The translations under genes and the position numbers were made by a program. 64,000 nucleotides of DNA from Octopus vulgaris (lineage: Eukaryota). The stretch spans positions 6,944,001 to 7,008,000 of the forward strand of contig OX597824.1 of assembly GCA_951406725.2 (NCBI GenBank). The letters are read 5' to 3'. Position 1 is the stretch's first letter. Every line of letters starts with the position of its first letter. The notes beneath the pieces are model-generated. The model was not told the DNA's origin. It saw only the letters and a program-made list of their open reading frames with translations, and made no database searches. Shown one piece after another: positions 55,095 through 64,000 of this stretch.

Positions 55095-55764
55095 AAATAA
55101 ATATATCGTTTTCAATTAGTTGGACACATTAATATAGTTTTACTTAAATTCTCTAATAGAGCAGGAAGATGGAAAAAGTCCATGTTGCTACCAATGTAGC
55201 TCAAAATATACTACACTTCTAAGAACTGTATGAAGTTTGTTAGGGTCATAGCTTGTAACAGATACGCCCGATGATGCTAGTATGGACTTCAGAGTTACAG
55301 AATTTTTTTCCCCGTAAGACAGTTAGAACCCGGAACCATGTGGTTCGTAAGCAAGCTACATACAACACAGCCACGTCTGCGCGTATGTTTAATTAATTAT
55401 ATCATAAAACAGATAGAATCAAGACAGCAGAAGTGTGTGTGTGTGTGAATAACAATTATAGTCTAGCGAATTTCGTGTATGTTATATCAGCGATCTGTAG
55501 AAATTGCATAGTTTTTAAGAAATGAAAATGAATTTACAATTCTGATCAAATTTCACGTTGGGACGTAAGTATATTAAACGTTTTCTTTTTAGTTTTTTTT
55601 TTCTTCTTTTCTACAAAAATATCTGAGATATAATTAAATTCAATTTAGAAAAAGAACCCCCCACCCCCCTACAAAAAAAAAAGAAACAAAACAAACTCAA
55701 ACTTTTTTTAATCACTCAGTAGACGTCTTCGGTTTTCAGCGTGGCTATTATCATTCAGTGACCA

Positions 55765-55771
55765 TTATTAA

Positions 55772-55824
<53 letters not shown>

Positions 55825-56115
55825 GTGTGGTGGTAGTGGTGGTGGTGATGATTGTGGTGGTCATTGTTATTATTGTGGTCGTGTTATTATTGTTGCTGTT
55901 ATTACTATCTATTATCGTCGCTATCATATTATTCTTATCTTCAGTATCATCATCATCATAAACATCGTTATCGTCGCATTATTATTATTATTATTATTAT
56001 TATTATCATTATTATTATTATTATCATCATTATTATTATTATCATTATTATTATTATCATTATTATTATTATTATTATCATTATTATTATTATCATTATT
56101 ATTATCATCATTATT

Positions 56116-56147
<32 letters not shown>

Positions 56148-56470
56148 CATTATTATTATCATTATTATTATCATCATTATTATTATCATAATTATTATTA
56201 TCATAATTATTATTATCATTATTATCATCATTATTATTATCATCATTATTATTATCATCATTATTATTATCATTACTATTATTATCATTATTATTATTAT
56301 TATCATTATTATTATCATTATTATTATCATCATTATTATCATTATTATTATTATTATTATTATTATCATTATTATTATTATCATTATTATTATCATTATT
56401 ATTATTGTCATTACTATTATTTTCATTACTATTATCATTATTATTATTATTATTATCATTATTATTATTA

Positions 56471-56527
<57 letters not shown>

Positions 56528-56650
56528 GTGCGGTGGTGGTGGTTATTGTTATTGTTGTTGCCGTGGTGTTTATTGTTGTTGTTATTACTATTATTCTTAT
56601 CTTCAGTATCGACGTCATCATCATCGCCGTCGTCATTATTATTATTGATT
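55765..56650. repeat. About 880-bp (ATT/ATC)n array with duplicated degenerate block
   Basis: Direct inspection; 55824-55960 resembles 56527-56635. Confidence 0.95.
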
Positions 56651-56688
56651 ATTAAAGCTAAACAAATTGCATTCAATTAAATTCTTAC

Positions 56689-56767
56689 CTTGAATAATGT
56701 CATAGCCTACTAACCACAAAAAATAGCGAATTCTTCGACATTGCTGAGGCAGAGCAAATAACAACAT
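56689..56767 (-). CDS. Speculative first coding exon (MLLFALPQQCRRIRYFLWLVGYDIIQ + 1 nt)
   Basis: ATG at 56767 after an upstream in-frame stop; 26 open codons ending at a consensus donor CAAG|GTAAGA (phase 1); unique CpG-retaining context; no recognised homology. Confidence 0.25.
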
Positions 56768-57059
56768 TGAAATCTATTCTATAACTTCCACTTTTTGTCG
56801 GAGATGGCGAAGACGATGACGACGGCGATGATGGTGTTTTACGAAGCAAGTGGAACCTCTGTGACGCGGCCTTTAAAATGAAAAGCGCTGAAACCCTTCG
56901 CCATGTGCAAAACATTTTCACAAGTTTCTCCTAAAAGGCCGTACACGTTTACAGACTTTTGCTCAGCCCTTGTTTCATAATATTCTGAGTAATATAAAAT
57001 TTTCCTTTCATGAGTCCCAACTGACTCCGGTAAAAAACACTTGGGATTTGTATCATCGA

Positions 57060-57209
57060 AGGCACCTAGCTCAGTGGTTACGGTATTCGGTTCACAACCG
57101 TAAGGTCGGGAGTTCGATTCCCGGCGGCAAGTTGTGTTCTTCAGCAAGACGATTTATTTAATGCTGCTTTCGTCCACTCAATACGTGTATTTCAAAGAGG
57201 TAGCCTTGT

Positions 57210-57212
<3 letters not shown>
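57060..57212 (+). mobile_element. SINE family E-like head
   Basis: TAGCTCAGTGGTTACGG...GAGTTCGATTCCC...TTCAGCAAGACG...TCCACTCAA. Confidence 0.65.
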
Positions 57213-57257
<45 letters not shown>

Positions 57258-57696
57258 CCAAAGTAAGCATATAAATGCGAAACAAGGTAGGAAAATGTAC
57301 TCGAATACCAGAGGTAGAGTAAATTGGTTTACAATAAGACTTATAAAGTTTATAACGAAGGTTCTCATTCTGAGGTCAATTAATTTGCAGGTCAATCAAC
57401 AGTTCATTGCATTTCCCGTCACATGAGAGGCAAGCAAAGATCTATGCAATTTGGGCGGGATAAATACCAAATCGTATTGTTTGCTATTCAACCCATCTGT
57501 TTAATAGTTTTCTCGGCGAAACGCATAACATTTTCGGGGACACATGCATCTAGACAACACACACACACTTCCATGCATGTATTGCAGTTCCACCATCTGC
57601 GCCATAGCTTTAGAGCTGGTACCACTCTACAGATGCCAGGTTTCACAAAATGAAAAAGAACGCAATCCGTGGATCACAGCTACAAGGAGTGTCAAG

Positions 57697-57870
57697 AAGT
57701 CGTGACTGTGTGGTAAGAAGCTAGCTTCCCAACCACATGGTTCCAGGTTCAGTCCCATTGCGTGGCACACCTGGGGCAAGTGACTTCTACTGTAGCCTCG
57801 GACCAACCACAGCCTTGTGAATGGATTTTGGTAGACGGAAACTGAAAGAAGCCCGTCGTATATATGTGTG

Positions 57871-57909
<39 letters not shown>

Positions 57910-58130
57910 TTTGTGTGTGCGTGCGCTCGTTTGTCTCCCACCACGGCTTGACCACCGGTGTTGCTTTGTTAACGTCCCTGTAACTCAGCGGCTCAGTGAA
58001 AGAGCCCACAGAATAAGTACTATGCTTTAAGAAAGTCCTGGGATCGATTCATTCGACGAACGAATTCTTCAAGGCGGTGCCCCAGCATGACCAGAGCCTA
58101 ATGACTGAAACAAGTAAAGACAAAAAAGAA
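57697..58130 (+). mobile_element. SINE family A, full length
   Basis: Head, internal (TG)n and tail AAGGCGGTGCCCCAGCATG...GAAACAAGTAAAG. Confidence 0.88.
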
Positions 58131-58199
58131 CAAAAAAAAAGCAGCATTTGGTGTACTTTTTTAAAAAAACTGTTATATCTGTGTTGAAACCGTATTATA

Positions 58200-58427
58200 C
58201 AGGGTTGGCCCAAAGTCACCTGACAGTAAACCCAAACCATTTAATTCTAAGATTTATTTATGTTTAACAACGGAATGGATTGAATAAAAGCAGCTAAATA
58301 TGAAACCTCAGGTAAATTGTTCACACTGAAGTATTTCTTGAGGGTCACATTTTCCCATTCTAGTCAATATAGAATTACAGAAAGTATTTATGGAATTTTG
58401 ATTTACTGTGACTTTTGGCCAACCCTG
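58200..58427. mobile_element. Tc1/mariner-type MITE
   Basis: TA|CAGGGTTGGCCCAAAGTCAC ... GTGACTTTTGGCCAACCCTG|TA: 20-bp TIRs with one mismatch and a TA TSD. Confidence 0.88.
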
Positions 58428-58847
58428 TATATAAACCTGTAATGGTTTTTTTATTGTTCTTGGACTGATTACAACGTGTGTGGACAATGACCACACTTAA
58501 GCTTGAATAACTTATCAAGTCTTTTATTAACCCCCGCCGTTATATTTACGAATGTACAACCAATAAAATTAACGGAACAATGTTCAATGAACGTAGTAGT
58601 TAAAACCTTCCTGTATATAATATGCTGGATAATACTGTGAAGGAATTTATATAATCGTATATAATTAAAGTGCGTTACCTGACATTACAAGTTAAGGTGG
58701 GTGTCTTGTACCGAGTATGAAATAAGCATGTCACAGAAGTAAAGTGAAAATGAAAGTAGAAGTGAAATAGATAGATAGGGGGAGGGAGGTAGAGAGAGAG
58801 AGAGGGAGAGCAACTCGCAGGAACATGCGACATGGATTCCTCTAGAT

Positions 58848-59044
58848 GAGCGTTTTTCAAACTGTAGATTCCGACCCTTCAGTGGGTCATGAGATAAATA
58901 AGATGGGTCGCGACAAAAAAGAAAAGAGGGAAAGAAAGAAAAAAACGCAGGTGGGTGCAAAGTGCAGAATATAAAGCAGCGCTTTTCAAAGGGTGGGTCC
59001 CGCCCCTTCAGTGGGTCGCGACAAAAGAAGTTTGAAAAACACTG
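58848..59044. mobile_element. hAT-like MITE with duplicated left end
   Basis: AGCGTTTTTCAAAC (58849) and CAGCGCTTTTCAAA (58977) against the right end GTTTGAAAAACACTG; repeated CCCTTCAGTGGGTC and GGGTCGCGAC motifs. Confidence 0.65.
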
Positions 59045-59304
59045 ATCTCGGCAGCACGAATACGATAGACAGACACACAAGGCAAGACAGACGGAGACAG
59101 ACAGACGGACGCCCAATTTGCTAGAAATACCAGTCATACCACCATCGTCATCAAAACACAACGGGAAATTTGAATAACGAAACTACAAACAAATTCAAAG
59201 TGAAAGCACATTGAATAACATAGTCCAAGATACACTTTTCCTGAAAACTCGATCGCCGGTTATGAAACCGATCTATAGGTTTCGTTTGTCTAATCACATA
59301 TTTT

Positions 59305-60357
59305 ACCATTTCCTGTTTCAGCAATTTTACTGCGGCCATGCTGGAGCATCGCCTTAAAGAAGGTACTCGGACAAATGACCCCTAATACTTTTTTTTAAAT
59401 GTTTTATTCAAATTTAGTTTGGTATTTATTATATCGGCCGCTTTGCCGAACCGCTACATTACGAGGACGTAAACAAACCAACAATGGCTGTCAAGCTCAA
59501 AGGAGAAACACACACACACAAATTGTCTTTCTTTGTTTCAGTCATTTGACTGCGGTCATACTGGAGTACCACCTTTAGTCAAACAAATCGAACCCAGGAC
59601 TTATTCTTTGTAAGCCTAGTACTTATTCTATCGGTCACTTTTGCCGAACCGCTAAGTTACGGGGACGTAAACACACCAGCATTGATTGTCAAGCGATGGT
59701 GGGGTGGGGGACAAACATAGGCACACACACACACACATATGTACGACGGGCTTCTTCCAGTTTCCATCTACCAAATCCAATCACAAGGATTTGGTCGGCC
59801 CAAGGCTATATTAAAAGACACTTGCCCAAGGTGCCATGCAGTGGGACTGAACCCGGTGCCGAAGAGTTTCTTTCAGTTTCTGTCTACCAAATCAACGTAC
59901 AAGGCTTTGGCCGGCCCGGGGCTATATTAGAGGACACTTGCCCAAGGGGCCACGATGTGGCTGGGAAGCAGGAAGTAATCTCCGTGCCACGTAGGTATGC
60001 TGGTGCCTATACAATTTTATTTTTTTTCTACTCATCTCTGCGATTGGGCTGCGGCCATGCTGGTGCACCGCCTTAATTCAAACAAATCGGATCAACTACT
60101 GGCATCGTTTTTATTACTTTTTTTTTTTTAAAAGAGGGGAGCTCAGGTGCTCATTCTATCGTTCTTTTGTACCGAACTTTAGGTTACGGGGACGAAAACA
60201 AAGCAACACCGCTACGAGGCGATGGGGTGAGAGTGGCATGGGCTTTCACATATCTTTCGTTTCTCAGGAATTGGGCTGTAGTAGAAAACATTGCTCAGGG
60301 GTGCCGCGCAATGAGACCGAACTCAAGAACACGTGGTTTGCGAAGCGAACGACAGCC
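59305..60357 (-). mobile_element. Cluster of four partial or near-full SINE family A copies
   Basis: About 59305-59510, 59525-59857, 59865-59970 and 60040-60357, all on the minus strand. Confidence 0.8.
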
Positions 60358-60619
60358 TACTTTTATACTTTCGTTTCCTTTAAGAATCTTGGCTGTTCTT
60401 CATATTCTTTCCAAATTTTGTTTTGTTCTTCACGATCTTATTGTCAGTCTTTCCGAGTGCAACACAACCGGCGACACTTCGAAGTCACTGTCAGTCATTA
60501 TCGAGGAGAAAGAAGAAAATTAGTTTAACTATGCTAACAATAATTATCAGTTCGTCGACAAGGTGCGCGCGCACGGGTTGGTTACAGCGTGCGAATGTTT
60601 GTATACATGAGTCTACTGC

Positions 60620-60692
60620 TCTCTCTCTCTTTCTCTTTCTCTCTCTCACTCTTTCTCTCTCTCTCTCTCTCACTCACACACATGTGTGTATA

Positions 60693-60723
<31 letters not shown>

Positions 60724-61185
60724 GTGTGTATGTATGTATGTGTGCATGTATGCATGTGTGTGTGTATGTATGTATGTGTATATGTATGTGGGTATGTATG
60801 TATATATATATATATATATGTGTATGTATGTATGTATGTATGTGTGTGTATGTATGTATGTGTGTGTGTATGTATGTATGTATATGTATGTATGTATGAA
60901 TGTATGTATGTGTGTGTGTATGTATGTATGTATGTATGTGTATGTATCTATGTATTAATGTATGTATGCATATACGCATGTATGTGTGTATGTGCGTATG
61001 TATGTATGTATGTATGTATCTATGTGTGTGTGTATGTATGTATGTGTGTGTATGTACGTATGTATGTGTGTATGTATGTATGTATGTATGTATGTGTATG
61101 TGTGTATGTATGTATGTATGTATGTGTGTATGCATGCATGTATGCGTGTACGTGTGTGTGTTTACGTACGTGTGTGTGTGTGCGT
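60620..61185. repeat. (CT)n and (TATG)n microsatellite block
   Basis: Direct inspection. Confidence 0.95.
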
Positions 61186-61311
61186 GTCACCATCGGAGCA
61201 CCAGCTGTTAACCGAAAGCAAACAACTGTTTCAATATTTAACAACTCACAAGGACTACACACAACAGGCTTCCGTTGCACTGCTCTATGCAAATGCACGA
61301 GCAGCAGCAGT

Positions 61312-61342
<31 letters not shown>

Positions 61343-61477
61343 ATAGTACTAACAGTAGTAGTAGTAGTAGTAATAGTAACAGTTTTAGTGCACTAGGAAA
61401 TGTTTGCTAAATAATCGAATATCCTATTGATCAAGGGTGTCGTTATAACAACAACAACAACAACAACAATACCAATA

Positions 61478-61677
61478 GTTCTAATTTTAGCATAGGGACA
61501 ACAAATTTACGAGGAGGGGGTTTAGTAGATTATATCGAACCCCAGTTTGCAACTGGTACTTATTTTATCGCCCCAACCCAAAAGGATAAAAGGCAGAGTC
61601 GAGCTCGATCAGATTTGAACTCAGAACGTAAGAAGCCAGGTGCCCGGCGCCCTAACGCTTCTGCCTACTCGTCCCCT

Positions 61678-61721
<44 letters not shown>

Positions 61722-61726
61722 TGATG

Positions 61727-61781
<55 letters not shown>

Positions 61782-62468
61782 CGACGATGATCCTTTCTAT
61801 TATAGGCACAAGGCTTGAAATTTTGGGAGAGGGGTGTAAGTCGATTAGATTGACCCCACTACGCAACTGGTACTTAATTTATCGACACCGAAAGGATGAA
61901 AAGCAAAGTCGACCTCGGCGGAATTTGAACTCAGAACGTAAGTCGGAAGAGATACCGCTGAGCCTTTCTTATTTCTTTACTGCCCACTAGGGGTTAAATA
62001 CAGAAGGACCAAACAAGGACAGACAAACGGATTAAGTCGATTATATCAACCCCAGTGCGCAACTGGTACGTATTTAATCGACCCCGAAAGGATGAACGGC
62101 AAAGTCGACCTCGGTTGGAATTTGAACTCAGAACGTAAGTTGGAAGAGATACCTATTTCTTTACTACCCACAAGGGGTTAAACACAGAGGACAAACAAAC
62201 GGATTAACTCGATTACATCGACCCCAGTGCGTAACTGGTACTTAATTTATCGACCCCGAAAGGATGAAAGGCAAAGTCGACTTCGGCGGAATTTGAACTC
62301 AGAACGTAAAGACAGACGAAATTCTTATTTCTTGACTACCCACAAGGGGTTAAACACAGAGAGGACAGACAAACGAACTAAGTCAATTATACCGCCCCCA
62401 GTGCGTAACTGGTATTTATTTAATCGACCCCGAAAGGATGAAAGGCAAAGTCGACCTCGGCGGAATTT
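61478..62468 (-). mobile_element. SINE family D cluster including a head-to-tail array
   Basis: Copy at 61478-61672; array at about 61795-61968, 61969-62153, 62154-62325 and 62326-62468 with recurring AAAGTCGACCTCGGCGGAATTTGAACTCAGAACGTA. Confidence 0.88.
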
Positions 62469-62640
62469 GTTTCGTCCGGCGTGTTTAACGTTTCGAGCCT
62501 TTCTGTCCGACGCAGTTTACGATTCGTCCAGCAAGTTCACCGCGATGACAAATAATGATGATGATGACGACGATGCGAAGAAGAAAGAAAAAAAGAACAG
62601 TAACAACAATATCCAGCAAATGGAAGAAAAAAATAGCAGA

Positions 62641-62684
<44 letters not shown>

Positions 62685-62777
62685 AGAAACAGCTGACGCC
62701 ATTTGCCGACACGAAGTGGAGGGAAACTTGTCCGTTCTGACATGCCGCCAGCCTTCAATTCATTATTCATTCCTGCT

Positions 62778-62811
<34 letters not shown>

Positions 62812-63149
62812 TGTTGTCAAAACCTTTACCTATCGATAACAGCCAACAAACCACTGCCCCATCCCCCCCCCACCGCCCTTTTTCCATTTCACTAACTGAA
62901 AACTTTTAACAGTTTTAATGATTCTGGTCACAGCTGCATTCCATAAAACAACAGTTAAAGCTCGTTGAGAGACAGAAAACAAAAACAAGAACAATAACGG
63001 TAAAATAGGAACGTTGATACAATCGCTTCGCTAAATCGGCCAAGAACACACACACACACACACAAATCCATTCCCCTTTTAATTAACAATTATACGTTAC
63101 GTGATCCGAAATCATCATAATCATTATTTATTATTATTATTATTATTAT

Positions 63150-63480
63150 TGAGTGAGCGAGCAGAGCATGCCATCAAAGTGACACTGGGGTAAAATATAC
63201 GAAGCCCAATATACCCATCATGACTACCCGTCTGATAAGGGTACACCAGGCAAATGCCTCACAACCATATGTGCGCGACATGGTGATATCATATCAAGGT
63301 AAACAGCGCATGACCTTGCAGGTGGGGGCCCAGTTAGAATTTTCTTCAGGTTGAGTAGCCCATCCTGCTCAAAAGGTCCCTGAATAGGGGTTGTTTAAGG
63401 ATGTAAGAACCACCCATGTTTCCAGAGGTGAATTAATCAAACCCCAAAGAATCCCTCTCAACACATGGCTATGATGCTCC
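63150..63480. repeat. Unclassified about 330-bp block embedded in (ATT)n
   Basis: Discrete higher-GC block flanked on both sides by (ATT)n, suggesting an insertion; single copy in the window. Confidence 0.4.
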
Positions 63481-63494
<14 letters not shown>

Positions 63495-63514
<20 letters not shown>

Positions 63515-64000
63515 ACCAGGAACCTTTCGTAACGCCTCCCCCCTTTTGGGAGGTTTTCATTGTTATAATCTTTCGTAGTTAAACTGTTTTTACACGGATT
63601 TTTTTTCACAAACGGACAAAACCCTTTGTAACTTTTCGTCTTGTTTTGTCCCTTTACGTGATAATTGATTTTTGTCAGCCCTTGTGGCCAATAAAAATAA
63701 TTAATTATTATTGTTATTATTATTATTGATGTTGGTGAAAGGTGGGTGAATGTTGGAAAGAATGGCAAGTGCGAAGGGACCAGTTCTGAGCGTGCACCTG
63801 TAAAAAAAAAAAAAGGGGAGGGCGGGCTCTTGCCCCGTTGATCAAGCAACGGGAATTTTGTGGGGGGTTTCCACGAGGACCTGAAAGCGCCCACCCCCCA
63901 TTGGGAGTTTAATTTATTTTTAATTATTTGTATTGTTTACACACTGTAAAACCCTTTGTATCATCCTGTTTTTTTGATTTTGTCTTTTATGTTGTTGCAT
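63495..64000 (+). mobile_element. Two LINE-like 3' ends (possibly L1/Tx1)
   Basis: Shared AAAACCCTTTGTA...TTTTGTC motif; the first ends AGCCCTTGTGGCCAATAAA; the second starts with an ERWVNV-like remnant and, in a shifted frame, a stop near 63801. Confidence 0.4.

Larger units (their letters stand above)
54568..55100. mobile_element. Penelope-like terminal repeat cluster, four copies in alternating orientation
   Basis: Plus 54568-54630; minus 54648-54770; plus 54789-54872 (perfect 84-bp inverse of 54648-54731); minus 54977-55100. Confidence 0.75.

Noticed and set aside
61795-62468. CRISPR-like repeat-spacer array
   Set aside because: Whole units are homologous SINE copies with no unique spacers; eukaryotic context and no cas genes.

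Overview
AT-rich, repeat-dense eukaryotic DNA with no multi-exon gene that I can resolve. The long (TA)n, (AAT)n and (TACA)n tracts and the tRNA-headed SINE families look like an octopus or coleoid cephalopod intron or intergenic region (inference). Nearly all supplied ORFs are microsatellite or SINE artefacts. Real protein relics are an RTE-clade LINE C-terminus (45423-45825), a mariner transposase N-terminus split by a SINE (47690-48523) and possibly L1/Tx1-like 3' ends (63495-64000). There is one speculative first coding exon (56689-56767, minus). Other mobile elements are at least five SINE-type families (my labels A-E), piggyBac, hAT and Tc1 MITEs, a Helitron and a Helentron-type element. 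The most notable signal is a dispersed set of about 10 short cassettes, mostly beside (TA)n and often in inverted pairs, carrying type I hammerhead-ribozyme motifs with palindromic stem III, as in Penelope-like retroelement termini. The best copy is 54679-54768 (minus). One cassette has a tRNA-like Pol III head, and three show an apparent 8-nt CUGA-NN-GA core. Also present are a tRNA-iMet-headed mini-SINE, tail swapping among SINEs, and a rise in CpG density beyond about 53 kb. All coordinates and alignments were read by eye and may be off by a few bases.
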